Sequence record: OR896824.1
DNA length: 64,000 bases
Direction: 5' to 3' (one strand)
Source: Escherichia phage SmurfNell
Shown here: positions 10,031 to 19,102 of the stretch, in pieces
Position numbering within the stretch: position 1 is the first letter of the stretch
Layout: the number at the start of each line of letters is the position of its first letter
Made by a program: the position numbers and the translations under genes
Notes under the pieces: model-generated
What the model saw: only the letters and a program-made list of their open reading frames with translations
What the model was told of the DNA's origin: nothing
The model's database searches: none

Positions 10031-10560
10031 TGATAGCAGCAATCTATGCAACTGGGCCGAATGGGGAGTTCGGCCTCAATGGTAAACTCCCTTGGGGTTC
10101 TTTCAAAGAAGAACTAGATATCTTCTATGCTACTTTGGATTCTCTAGCACCTGACAATATTATTGTAGGAGCAGGAACTTGGTTAGCATTCCCTGAGACT
10201 CTGCAAAAAAGAATACTAGGAGATTCTGACCTATTTATTTATGCAAATAGACCACTACCTAACTCTGTAGGATCAGCCACACGCATAAGTAACATTGGAT
10301 ACAGTCTACCTGATTTCCTCAAGGAAGAAGTAACTGTAGTATTAGGGGGAGCAACTCTGCTTCTTGAAATGTATGTCAAAAATCATCTAGATATGGCGTA
10401 TATCTCTACTATTACTTCAGCTACACCATTATCTGCTGATGTACATCTGCATCATCACATTACTTTAACTAATTCAATGGCAACTAGAATGGACTATGTG
10501 GCAGGACAGAATGCAGATAAAACGCTTTCATTCTTACAAGAATTGGTGATATTTAAATGA
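10030..10560 (+). CDS. dihydrofolate reductase
   Basis: N-terminal [22 protein letters not shown] matches the DHFR signature; start overlaps nrdB stop. Confidence 0.75.
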   Translation: MIAAIYATGPNGEFGLNGKLPWGSFKEELDIFYATLDSLAPDNIIVGAGTWLAFPETLQKRILGDSDLFIYANRPLPNSVGSATRISNIGYSLPDFLKEEVTVVLGGATLLLEMYVKNHLDMAYISTITSATPLSADVHLHHHITLTNSMATRMDYVAGQNADKTLSFLQELVIFK

Positions 10561-11411
10561 AGCAATATATTGAAACTGGAAAACGTATTCTTGAAGAGGG
10601 TGTATGGGTAACGAATCCTAGAACAGGGGTTCGTTGCCTAACCATTATTGATGCAGACTTTACCTTTAACGTAGGAGCAGGAGAACTGCCGCTAGTAACT
10701 ACTCGTAAAGCATTTGCTAAACAAGCAATAATGGAAATGATCGGATATCTCCGTGGGTACGACTCAGCAGCACAATTCCGCGCTATTGGTGTTAATACAT
10801 GGAATGCTAATGCAAATGAAAATATTGCCTGGCTAGGTAATCCATTCCGTAAAGGCGAGGATGATATGGGACGAGTCTATGGTGTTCAAGGACGTCATTG
10901 GACTAATTCTGATGGTATGGTATTTGATCAGTTAGCCAAAGTCTATCATAATTTGAAAAGAGGGATTGACGATCGTGGAGAAATTTTAACTTTTTGGAAC
11001 CCTGGGGAATTTCGTAGAGGATGCCTACGTCCGTGTATGCATACCCATCAATTCTCTATTTTAGGTGATACACTATACCTAAACTCTTTCCAGAGGTCTA
11101 ATGATTTCTTGCTGGGCCAAGTATTTAATATGGTGCAATGCTATGCACTTCTAGCTATTATGGCACAGATTACAGGTCTTAAGCCAGGTATTGCTCGTCA
11201 AAAGATTATTAATCTTCATATCTATGAAGATCAGTATAATGTTCTGATGGAGCACAAGCAATTCGATCGTGAACCTTTTGCACCTCCTACTTTAGAAATC
11301 AATCCAAATATTAGAACTTTGGATGATGTATTAACGTGGGTAAGTAAGGATGATTTTACTGTTCGTGGCTATGAACACCATCCTGCTATTGCATACCCAT
11401 TCACAGTCTAA
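10557..11411 (+). CDS. thyA: thymidylate synthase
   Basis: 284 aa; RPCMHTHQF active-site Cys region and RSNDF...GQVFN motif; translationally coupled to the DHFR gene. Confidence 0.7.
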   Translation: MKQYIETGKRILEEGVWVTNPRTGVRCLTIIDADFTFNVGAGELPLVTTRKAFAKQAIMEMIGYLRGYDSAAQFRAIGVNTWNANANENIAWLGNPFRKGEDDMGRVYGVQGRHWTNSDGMVFDQLAKVYHNLKRGIDDRGEILTFWNPGEFRRGCLRPCMHTHQFSILGDTLYLNSFQRSNDFLLGQVFNMVQCYALLAIMAQITGLKPGIARQKIINLHIYEDQYNVLMEHKQFDREPFAPPTLEINPNIRTLDDVLTWVSKDDFTVRGYEHHPAIAYPFTV

Positions 11412-11415
11412 TTCA

Positions 11416-11441
11416 AATAGCCCTTCGGGGCTATTATATTT
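11416..11441 (+). terminator. rho-independent terminator
   Basis: TAGCCC-TTCG-GGGCTA hairpin followed by T-rich tract after thyA. Confidence 0.55.
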
Positions 11442-11450
11442 AAATTTCAT

Positions 11451-11479
11451 TTGCTTACTGAGTGAAATTCAAATATAAT
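11451..11479 (+). promoter_or_regulatory. early promoter (TTGCTT-17-TATAAT)
   Basis: consensus hexamers with 17 bp spacer. Confidence 0.6.
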
Positions 11480-11509
11480 ATACTTCTAATTTGACAGAAG
11501 GATTTAATA

Positions 11510-12088
11510 ATGACAGCCATAGTAGCATTTAAATATAAAGATAAAGTATACTTAGCTGGTGATCGTATGGGTTCTAATGGCTATACGAAACTGCTGGTTA
11601 AAAATCCGAAAGTATTCAAAATCTCTGATGATTTGTACTTCGGATACACTAGTTCCTTCTACATGGGACAATTACTAGAGCATAGCTTTACTGTACCACC
11701 ACGTTTAGCAGATATTTCCGATGATAAATATTTATATACGGAAATAGTACCTAAATTACGTGATATGTTTAACCAGAAAGACTTTGGCGAAAAGAAAAAT
11801 GAAAAATATGCTGAACCTAATCTGGGACAATTTATTATGCTCTACAAAGGAAGAATCTTTATTTTCCAATCTAATGCTTCTATTCTAGAAGTTGAATATG
11901 CCGGTGTAGGCTGTGGAGGAGAAGATGTACTTTCCAGTATTCGTACAGGTTTAGCTATTGCGGATTGTCGAGCCACAGATTTAGATGTAGATGATATATT
12001 TGAAATCATTGATCTGGCTTTTACGCATTGTGCAGATTATATGTGTGGTGTATCTTCCCAACATGATGTTTTAGTAATTGGAGAATAA
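11510..12088 (+). CDS. Ntn-hydrolase / HslV-like (proteasome beta-type) peptidase
   Basis: N-terminus MTAIVAFKYKDKVYLAGD parallels the HslV TTIV...AGD start with Thr2 as likely nucleophile. Confidence 0.5.
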   Translation: MTAIVAFKYKDKVYLAGDRMGSNGYTKLLVKNPKVFKISDDLYFGYTSSFYMGQLLEHSFTVPPRLADISDDKYLYTEIVPKLRDMFNQKDFGEKKNEKYAEPNLGQFIMLYKGRIFIFQSNASILEVEYAGVGCGGEDVLSSIRTGLAIADCRATDLDVDDIFEIIDLAFTHCADYMCGVSSQHDVLVIGE

Positions 12089-12090
12089 AT

Positions 12091-12360
12091 ATGTCTATTC
12101 TTTTATCTGCTTTAGAAGCAAAACAAAATACTATTGCTAGTATTAAAAAGGAAGTAATTGACTTAGAGTCACTTATTGCCGTAGAGATTGACAAAGCCAT
12201 CAAAGATAAAGAATTTAATTGCCACATCCAGGGACTGACTGAATACTCAGAAAACGCTAGAAATAGCGTTATGCAAAAACTTAGCAAACTAGGTTATGTT
12301 GTGGAAGCTAAGTATGAACAGCGTGAAGGTTTTTGGCTTGAAATTGATTGGAGCAAATAA
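12091..12360 (+). CDS. hypothetical protein
   Basis: 89 aa ORF, stop overlaps the RNase H start. Confidence 0.45.
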   Translation: MSILLSALEAKQNTIASIKKEVIDLESLIAVEIDKAIKDKEFNCHIQGLTEYSENARNSVMQKLSKLGYVVEAKYEQREGFWLEIDWSK

Positions 12361-12836
12361 TGTCGGTTTTCCACATATATACAGATGGTGCATGTAAAGG
12401 CAATCCTGGTTTAGGTGCGTGGGGATTCGTTGTCTATAATGATAATGATGATCGTATTGGCTCTAAATCTGGCTTCAGCCCTAAAACTACTAATAACGAA
12501 ATGGAACTTACTGCAATTGTAGAAGTTCTTCGTTGGTCTACTAAGAAAGATAATCGTCCAGTAATTATCTACACTGATTCTGCTTACTGCAAAAATGGTA
12601 TGGAAAGCTGGATGTGGTCTTGGCAGAAGAAAGGCTGGAAGAAGGGAGATGGTGAAACTCCTCTTAATCTAGAACTCTGGCAAGAAGCATTTAAACTAAC
12701 TCAACAGTATATTAACTTCCATGATACCAATCCAACCTTTGTTAAGGTTAAAGGTCACTCAGGTATTCGTGGTAATGAAGAAGTTGATGCTCTATGCAAT
12801 ACTGTAATTACTGAGCAAGAACTTGCTGAGATGTAA
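12360..12836 (+). CDS. ribonuclease H
   Basis: YTDGACKGNPGLGAWG matches the RNase HI DGSC.GNPG motif; ATG at 12360 (track start 12348 is TTG). Confidence 0.8.
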   Translation: MSVFHIYTDGACKGNPGLGAWGFVVYNDNDDRIGSKSGFSPKTTNNEMELTAIVEVLRWSTKKDNRPVIIYTDSAYCKNGMESWMWSWQKKGWKKGDGETPLNLELWQEAFKLTQQYINFHDTNPTFVKVKGHSGIRGNEEVDALCNTVITEQELAEM

Positions 12837-12856
12837 TAAATAATTTAAAAATTCAC

Positions 12857-12885
12857 TTACTTAAAGCCCTCGAATTTAGTATAAT
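12857..12885 (+). promoter_or_regulatory. early promoter with embedded inverted repeat
   Basis: TTACTT-17-TATAAT; AAAGCCCTC (12863-12871) in the spacer is complementary to GAGGGCTTT (12904-12912) covering the RBS. Confidence 0.5.
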
Positions 12886-12912
12886 ATTCGTATTGAAAGT
12901 GAGGAGGGCTTT

Positions 12913-13191
12913 ATGCGAATTTACAACTCAAATTCATTAGGATTTAAACCTTTGAGAAAACGCGCACAATCTCCGCGTCAGATCAGAAAGGCAAATATTG
13001 GTGAGCCAGAAACTAGGCTTCCACCACCTCCGGAGCAGCGTCTAGTTTATCTAGATGAAGAATTAGCCGAAAGGGAACGCAAAGCTCAAGAAGAAATTGA
13101 GCGTAAGAAACTGTGTACTGCTCCTGCATATAACAAGGGTGGTTATCAGTACGTTTCCAGTGAGGAACAAGCTAAGATGATCGGCAGATAA
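12913..13191 (+). CDS. hypothetical protein
   Basis: 92 aa ORF with GAGGAGG RBS. Confidence 0.5.
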   Translation: MRIYNSNSLGFKPLRKRAQSPRQIRKANIGEPETRLPPPPEQRLVYLDEELAERERKAQEEIERKKLCTAPAYNKGGYQYVSSEEQAKMIGR

Positions 13192-13207
13192 TTTTTAAAA
13201 AATTCAT

Positions 13208-13236
13208 TTGCTAAACGCTTCAAAATTTCGTATAAT
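13208..13236 (+). promoter_or_regulatory. early promoter (TTGCTA-17-TATAAT)
   Basis: consensus hexamers followed by conserved ATAAATTGA box. Confidence 0.6.
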
Positions 13237-13274
13237 ATATCTCATAAATTGATCAACAAAAAGGAAAACAAATA

Positions 13275-13790
13275 ATGGCTAAGCAGAAAAACGCAAAAAC
13301 TCAGGCAGCTCCGGCAGTTAAAACTTTCGCTCAGACCGAAGCCAATCGTAAGGCTCGTCTGGAACGTCATCTGCGTAAGCATCCTACTGATGCTCAGGCT
13401 CAGACTGCCCTGAAGTCTGCGGCTCCGGTTCGCCAGAAGCCGAAGGCCAAGAACTCTACTCGCGCAACTGCTAAGCAGGTTGTGTTCATCAAGGGTGAAG
13501 GTCATAAGTCTGTACCGGTAACTCTGAGCTTTAACGGCGGTGCTGAGATGTTCGCCCGCAACGGTATGGCTCTGAAAGACTACGAAAAAGCAGTCAATCA
13601 GAAGCGTAAGCCAATGGCTGACGTAATGCGTGAATCCCGTGGACAGTTTGGCTCCGTTAAACCGAATATTTTCGGTGTAGAGTATAGCCGTGACAACGTT
13701 CGCGCTCTGTGCTACGGTATCGGTATTAAGTTTACTGGTGCTTCTGATCGTAAATCCGCTAAACCTACTCGTAAGCGTAAAGCGAAGTAA
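13275..13790 (+). CDS. basic hypothetical protein
   Basis: 171 aa, K/R/A-rich, codon usage suggests high expression. Confidence 0.55.
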   Translation: MAKQKNAKTQAAPAVKTFAQTEANRKARLERHLRKHPTDAQAQTALKSAAPVRQKPKAKNSTRATAKQVVFIKGEGHKSVPVTLSFNGGAEMFARNGMALKDYEKAVNQKRKPMADVMRESRGQFGSVKPNIFGVEYSRDNVRALCYGIGIKFTGASDRKSAKPTRKRKAK

Positions 13791-13851
13791 TGATTGATGG
13801 GGCGAAAGCCCCATATACTAACTCTTTCTCTGACTAATTAAGGATATTTTT

Positions 13852-14067
13852 ATGTTCTCTAAGAAACCACGTTCCGTTACTGAAATCGTTGCTTCCTTTA
13901 CCACTATTACTGATGAACTTCAAGCTCGTATTGAAGCTGACCAGAAAACTGCTGCTGATATTCAGAAACAGCAGGAAGAACTCGCTCTGAAACTGGCTGA
14001 AACCAATAAGAGTGAAAAATCTGCTCAAACTATTAAGGAAAATATCCTTAAACTGCTGGGCAAGTAA
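13852..14067 (+). CDS. hypothetical protein
   Basis: 71 aa helical ORF with RBS. Confidence 0.45.
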   Translation: MFSKKPRSVTEIVASFTTITDELQARIEADQKTAADIQKQQEELALKLAETNKSEKSAQTIKENILKLLGK

Positions 14068-14073
14068 TTTAAA

Positions 14074-14099
14074 TCAGGGGGCGAAAGCCCCTCTTATTT
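14074..14099 (+). terminator. rho-independent terminator
   Basis: AGGGGC-GAAA-GCCCCT hairpin followed by T-rich tract. Confidence 0.5.
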
Positions 14100-14108
14100 G
14101 GAGAAACT

Positions 14109-14321
14109 ATGCGTAACTTCGTTGCAAAGAATGATTTTAACCGTGCTAGCACTCACAAGTCTGCTAGAGACTACACTCGTCTTTCTAAACATGAGCTTCT
14201 AGAAGAAATCATGGAAGAAAACTGGGATGTTAGTGAAAATGGAACAGACCTGTTTGAAGAAGAGGAACTTCCTCTGAAAGACCCCAAACAGTGGGAGTCT
14301 ATTAAAGAGACAGCTCTTTAA
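14109..14321 (+). CDS. acidic hypothetical protein
   Basis: 70 aa ORF. Confidence 0.4.
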   Translation: MRNFVAKNDFNRASTHKSARDYTRLSKHELLEEIMEENWDVSENGTDLFEEEELPLKDPKQWESIKETAL

Positions 14322-14351
14322 TAGTTTTCTACAACAATAAAGGACATAATT

Positions 14352-15053
14352 ATGAAATTCAAGCCCTTTGGTATGCTGGACATTGAATCTCTAGGTACTC
14401 CAGGAAATTGCGGTACTACTCATATTGCAATGCCTTCTTTCGCTTTTGTAGCGATGCACGGAATTGATAAAGATCCTGATCTGGTATTCGTTACTCTAGA
14501 CGTTCAAGATCAGCTTAATGCGGGTGCTAAGGTAACTGCCTCTACTATTGCATTCTGGATGGATCAAGCTAAAAACAGTCCATCTGCGCTCCATATTATG
14601 GAGGCTCTAAATGGTCGTAATCCTAAGCTGATTGCCTTCCGTGATGGTAAGCATCACTGCACTAATGACGTAGGCTCTAATTATGCTGCCTTCTCTATGG
14701 CTCAGAACATTATGGAATTGTCTCTAGGAGATAATGCTCTGTATTACGGCAATGGCCCAGAGTTTGATATGACAATCTACTCTGCAAATACGTTCCATGC
14801 CGGAACCCATGAAGAAATAGTTCCGTGGAAATTCTGGAACTTAGGTAACGTTCGATCTTTCCGTAATCAGTGGATGCAAGCTGGTTATAGCTATAAAGAT
14901 CTAGAAGCCGAAGGTGCTAGCTGGGCAAAAGCTAAAATGGAAAAGATGGACACCATTCGTTATGGAATCTATCCTGTGAAGCATGATCCAGCATTCGATG
15001 CTTTAGTTGAAAGTTATTGTGTAGCCGTCATGATCGAAAAAATCAAAATTTGA
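14352..15053 (+). CDS. DEDD-type 3'-5' exonuclease-like protein
   Basis: LDIESLG (Exo I-like), YGNGPEFDM (Exo II-like) and HDPAFDA (Exo III-like H-x4-D) motifs. Confidence 0.45.
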   Translation: MKFKPFGMLDIESLGTPGNCGTTHIAMPSFAFVAMHGIDKDPDLVFVTLDVQDQLNAGAKVTASTIAFWMDQAKNSPSALHIMEALNGRNPKLIAFRDGKHHCTNDVGSNYAAFSMAQNIMELSLGDNALYYGNGPEFDMTIYSANTFHAGTHEEIVPWKFWNLGNVRSFRNQWMQAGYSYKDLEAEGASWAKAKMEKMDTIRYGIYPVKHDPAFDALVESYCVAVMIEKIKI

Positions 15054-15054
15054 T

Positions 15055-15083
15055 TTGCTTTCAGCTCCAAAATTCTGTATAAT
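15055..15083 (+). promoter_or_regulatory. early promoter (TTGCTT-17-TATAAT)
   Basis: consensus hexamers plus ATAAATTTGAGAGAAC box. Confidence 0.6.
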
Positions 15084-15123
15084 ATATTCATAAATTTGAG
15101 AGAACAACAAAAGGAAAATAATT

Positions 15124-15306
15124 ATGCCAGTATCTAAAAACGTCCGTAAAAATGGTAAAGTAGCAAAACGTAACCTGGGTCTGCGTCGTATGGCTGAGCG
15201 TCAGTCCGGCATCCAGAAAATCTTTAATGTACTGAATCGCGCCAACCCGAATATTGATAACAGTTCTGATACTGTTCTGCGCACTCTGCTGGCAATCGGT
15301 CTGTAA
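15124..15306 (+). CDS. small basic protein
   Basis: 60 aa, K/R-rich. Confidence 0.4.
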   Translation: MPVSKNVRKNGKVAKRNLGLRRMAERQSGIQKIFNVLNRANPNIDNSSDTVLRTLLAIGL

Positions 15307-15360
15307 TAGGCCGTTTTTAAAACAAATTCAAATCTCAAACTTCATATAAGGAAGCAAATA

Positions 15361-15999
15361 ATGACTACTCGTATCTCTAAAACTCGTGCTCTGGCAACTA
15401 TCAAGTCTCTGGAAGCTAAAATCCGTAAAGCTACTGAACAACAGCTTTTGATCGCTGTTGGTGAAGGTAAGGACAAGAACCAAGTTGTCGTTGGCGCTGC
15501 AATCGAAGTAGATGCTCTGTCTACTCGTATTAAGACTGATTTCCAGTCTCTGCTGGATATGATGTCCCAGCGTGATCAGCTGAAAGCTGCGCTGATCAAG
15601 AGCAATGCTGAAACTGTTGTAGAGATCGGTTCTCGCTCTATGACTGTTGCGGAAGCAATCGAAGCTAAGCGTTCTATGGAACTCAAAGCTCAGTTGCTGG
15701 CTAACATGCGTAAGCAGTTCCATGCTGCTACTGTTAAGTTTAACACTCAGAAGGCTCAGTTTGACGCCAAGTATGAGCGTCTGCAGGATACCATGGCTAC
15801 CCGCGACAAGAAGACTTCCGAGGATGAAGTTAAGATGCAGCTTAACCTGCTGGAACTCAAGAACACTCCGTTCCTGATCGATCCGCTGGAGCTAGAAAAG
15901 CTGATCAAGCAACACGACGAAGAATACCAGGACTTTGCAACTAACGTTGACTTTGTTCTGTCTGAGTCCAACGCCTCTACTTTCATCGAAGTAGAGTAA
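15361..15999 (+). CDS. hypothetical protein
   Basis: 212 aa helical ORF with AAGGAAG RBS. Confidence 0.55.
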   Translation: MTTRISKTRALATIKSLEAKIRKATEQQLLIAVGEGKDKNQVVVGAAIEVDALSTRIKTDFQSLLDMMSQRDQLKAALIKSNAETVVEIGSRSMTVAEAIEAKRSMELKAQLLANMRKQFHAATVKFNTQKAQFDAKYERLQDTMATRDKKTSEDEVKMQLNLLELKNTPFLIDPLELEKLIKQHDEEYQDFATNVDFVLSESNASTFIEVE

Positions 16000-16378
16000 T
16001 AATTTAAAAGACTAGTAAATCGGTAGACGAAAGCCCAAGCATCTTACCTCGCAGCAGCGGTTGAAATACGAGGTTAAATAAGACCGCTGACCATACTATA
16101 AAGTATAATCTATTGGAGATTATGTTTATTACACCAGCCTCTTAAGCTGAACTGTAAAAACGGTCGTTGGTAGTACCAACACAACTTCAAAGATCAACGC
16201 TCAAGTATGAAAGCTGAAAAGTTAAAAGAACTCAAACTTCTAACCTTCTAAAGCTAAAAGATGCAAAGTATTCGTTGATGATTCAAACCCTAGATCAAAG
16301 GTACATGGCTCATAAGATATGGCCTGTGGCGCCTCTAGGCTGTTTATCGGTTCACTAGTCTCTCAATTTAAAAATGTA

Positions 16379-16408
16379 TTTGCTAATTAGTTTAGTTTTC
16401 TATATAAT
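16379..16408 (+). promoter_or_regulatory. early promoter (TTGCTA-18-TATAAT)
   Basis: consensus hexamers plus AAATTGATGAGACGAGG box. Confidence 0.55.
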
Positions 16409-16438
16409 ATATTTTTAAATTGATGAGACGAGGCTATT

Positions 16439-16756
16439 ATGATTTTTCATATTCTGATTGATGATGTTCGTGACCTGCATGGGATGGATATTATCATTCG
16501 AACCCCCGAAGCCGCTATTGAGTTTCTGAATACAACCGATACCACCGGACATTTCGTTTATATGGATAATGATCTGGCTGTAGATGGTATGGAAGGTTAT
16601 CAAATTCTTCGTTTACTCCTAGAATTTGGACAGAGACCCAAGAAAGTGGTACTAGTAACCTCGAACCCTGTAGCTAAGCAGAACATGCGTAATGATTTGC
16701 TTGACGAAGGGTATCAAGAAAGCCCTAATCGTATTGAGTACGATTGGCCGGAGTAA
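16439..16756 (+). CDS. hypothetical protein
   Basis: 105 aa ORF. Confidence 0.5.
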   Translation: MIFHILIDDVRDLHGMDIIIRTPEAAIEFLNTTDTTGHFVYMDNDLAVDGMEGYQILRLLLEFGQRPKKVVLVTSNPVAKQNMRNDLLDEGYQESPNRIEYDWPE

Positions 16757-16761
16757 ATAAA

Positions 16762-17211
16762 ATGAAGGCAGCTTTGCTTCTAATAGCTGCCCTAACCTAT
16801 AGCTTCAATAGTCATGCTACCTACGACTCAAAGCAGATTGATTGCATTGCAAAAAATATCTACTTCGAAGCACGAGGTGATGGCACAAAGGGAATGATTG
16901 CAGTTGCACAGGTTACTAAAAACCGTGTAAACTCCGGTAAATTCCCTGATTCTTACTGTAAAGTAGTATATCAGTCTAACCAATTCAGCTGGACAGCTAA
17001 AAAACCTAGGGTTGATAAAACAGATGAGACTTGGCAAGTTGCTAAGAACTTAGCTAGAGTGATATACTACGTTGATTTACCACAAGATCCAACACAGGGG
17101 GCGTTATACTTCCATAGCGGTAAAGATAAACCGTACTGGACAAAGAAGTTTAAGAAAACAACGAAGATTCAAGGCCATACGTTCTACAAGCCTGTGGTTA
17201 AGAAAACTTAA
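16762..17211 (+). CDS. secreted cell wall hydrolase (SleB-like)
   Basis: Signal peptide MKAALLLIAALTYSFNSHA; IAKNIYFEARGD...AVAQVTKNRV...QFSW pattern of the cell wall hydrolase family; ATG at 16762. Confidence 0.55.
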   Translation: MKAALLLIAALTYSFNSHATYDSKQIDCIAKNIYFEARGDGTKGMIAVAQVTKNRVNSGKFPDSYCKVVYQSNQFSWTAKKPRVDKTDETWQVAKNLARVIYYVDLPQDPTQGALYFHSGKDKPYWTKKFKKTTKIQGHTFYKPVVKKT

Positions 17212-17219
17212 AAATTCGA

Positions 17220-17248
17220 TTGCTTAAAGACTTAAATTTCTGTATAAT
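17220..17248 (+). promoter_or_regulatory. early promoter (TTGCTT-17-TATAAT)
   Basis: consensus hexamers plus ATAAATTAATGAGAGG box. Confidence 0.6.
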
Positions 17249-17279
17249 ACTTTCATAAATTAATGAGAGGAAGCGAAAT

Positions 17280-17450
17280 ATGAAATCAGTTGTAATTATT
17301 GGTGTTAATACCCGTGGTATCCGTACTACGAAAACAGTTAAAACTACTAACGTTGCTGAAATTACTACAAACCCTAAGAAGTTTGATTTCGCCAAAGTCT
17401 CGGCAGTTATGACAGAACAATCTTTTAACCAAGCACTGGGAATTAAATAA
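17280..17450 (+). CDS. small hypothetical protein (56 aa)
   Basis: ORF below the track cutoff, found by reading downstream of the promoter; stop overlaps the next start. Confidence 0.4.
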   Translation: MKSVVIIGVNTRGIRTTKTVKTTNVAEITTNPKKFDFAKVSAVMTEQSFNQALGIK

Positions 17451-17893
17451 TGGAAGAAAATATTCTAAATGTTTTGCGTAGGGCTTTGCAGGAATCTAAG
17501 ATTGATGGCTCTGATAAAGAGGTAGCTAAAAGCTACCAGACCATAATCGAAGATCTTCAGCGTGTTGATAAAGACTTCATTACTTCTGAACAGTTTGTGT
17601 CTTATCTCAAAGCTCAGCTGAAAAGCATTAATCAGACGAAAGCTAAACTTCATGGTCAAGACCTTGATAATTATAGCTTGCAGTCTGCTCAGTATGAATA
17701 TATACTGAACAAATGGCTACAACAGTATCTGCCGCCTCAGCTTTCTGATTCTGAGATTCGCAAATACTTTGCAGAATTAGTTAAGTTGAACCCTGGGATT
17801 ACGAAGAGTATGCTGATGAAAGCGATTAAGGAAGAATTCCCTGGTCGTTATGACGGTGGCATCGCTGCTCAGGTTGCTGGCGAATTTAACTAA
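17450..17893 (+). CDS. hypothetical protein
   Basis: 147 aa ORF. Confidence 0.5.
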   Translation: MEENILNVLRRALQESKIDGSDKEVAKSYQTIIEDLQRVDKDFITSEQFVSYLKAQLKSINQTKAKLHGQDLDNYSLQSAQYEYILNKWLQQYLPPQLSDSEIRKYFAELVKLNPGITKSMLMKAIKEEFPGRYDGGIAAQVAGEFN

Positions 17894-17901
17894 AAATTGA
17901 T

Positions 17902-17930
17902 TTGCTAAACGCTTCAAAATTCTGTATAAT
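17902..17930 (+). promoter_or_regulatory. early promoter driving a non-coding region
   Basis: TTGCTA-17-TATAAT; no ORF of 60 aa or more follows for about 850 nt. Confidence 0.6.
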
Positions 17931-17936
17931 AGATTC

Positions 17937-18789
17937 ATAAATTAGAGAACAGCGAGCCGATTACGCTGAGTGAGTTTAGTGATTCCTACTAGGATAGCTA
18001 CTCCACTGAATAGAGTCGGTGAGTTGGAGACTAGTAAGTACTCTGAGAGAGGCTACGAGCTAACGCTTATTGCTATTGATAGGGAACTGAAAATCTGCGG
18101 AAAACTCGGGAGCTGTCCCGAAATCTCGTAAACTCTTCTCTAGTTTATGTTAGTGGGGTGTCGAACTGACTTATGTGATAACACTGCCGTCCTAGTATAA
18201 ACGGTAATATCAAACCGTAACTGGTGGAAGATGCAGGTTCGAATCCTGCGGTCGGAAAGAATCAGATAACTCGGGCTTATACCGGATAAGCATTCGCTGC
18301 TGTAGTACATACTATGACGGTTCAGGAGGTACGCCTCCTGATCAGTATTAGGTTAGAATCGAAACAGCTAAACCACGAGGAAACCTGACGGCCTCAACCA
18401 AACTCGGAACTCGGGATCACTGCCTAGTGTGTACCCCGTTTAACCTGAGACTAGGCATCCAGCTTCGCATCGAAAATCGGAGGTGCGATTCTAACAGACC
18501 GCGTGAATATGAGAGTGGGAAACGCTGACATGAGAGATGTCACTAATGGTGCCCAATAGTACAGGTAATTCGCGATAATTCCTGTTGAGCGGCAGCAGTA
18601 GGCTGGGAGTCATGACCTAAGCCTAACCGAGTTCTTCACATACGGAGAACATAACCACAAAGTCACCCTGACTTAAACTGGAAGATATTGTCTGACGGAA
18701 GGGCTGCAGAGCTTAATCTGAGGGGGCTGACCCTACCTACCGTCGGGTATCTTTAAGAGCTTTTATAAGAGTTCTTAAAAATACCTAAA
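17937..18789 (+). ncRNA. promoter-driven structured non-coding region (candidate RNA gene or tRNA precursor leader)
   Basis: No ORF of 60 aa or more on either strand; many GC-rich hairpins; tRNA-like T-arm GCAGGTTCGAATCCTGC at 18233-18249 without a matching acceptor stem. Confidence 0.3.
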
Positions 18790-18864
18790 CGGGGTGTAGT
18801 CTAAGGGATAGGCAGGAGTCTTCTAAATTCCTTTATGCAGGTTCGAATCCTGTCACCTCGGCCA
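18790..18864 (+). tRNA. tRNA-Arg (anticodon UCU)
   Basis: Hand-folded cloverleaf: acceptor CGGGGTG/CACCTCG, anticodon loop CTTCTAA, T-loop TTCGAAT, encoded CCA. Confidence 0.65.
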
Positions 18865-18890
18865 ATTTTATTAACTGCTAGGAAAATAAA

Positions 18891-19091
18891 GTGAAAACAC
18901 GATATATAGTAAAAGTAGTAGGTGAACATTCACAAGTAAATACCACCGATGTTACAGCGCTAGCATTTGAAGTAGTCTCCGGTATAGTCATATTTCATAA
19001 CGGAGATATCAAAGCTCCTGAATTTGCTGTGGATGCTAGCCTGTTTATTTCTGCAACTAAAGTAACTGTAGTAGCTAACCCTTCTAAATAA
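18891..19091 (+). CDS. hypothetical protein
   Basis: 66 aa ORF with GTG start directly upstream of the SPFH gene. Confidence 0.3.
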   Translation: MKTRYIVKVVGEHSQVNTTDVTALAFEVVSGIVIFHNGDIKAPEFAVDASLFISATKVTVVANPSK

Positions 19092-19102
19092 TAAGGAAAT
19101 AT

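Noticed and set aside
13242-13814. 190 aa minus-strand ORF opposite the basic protein gene 13275..13790
   Set aside because: The plus-strand gene has promoter, RBS and a terminator hairpin; the antisense frame has none and a Ser/Leu/Thr-rich low-complexity translation.
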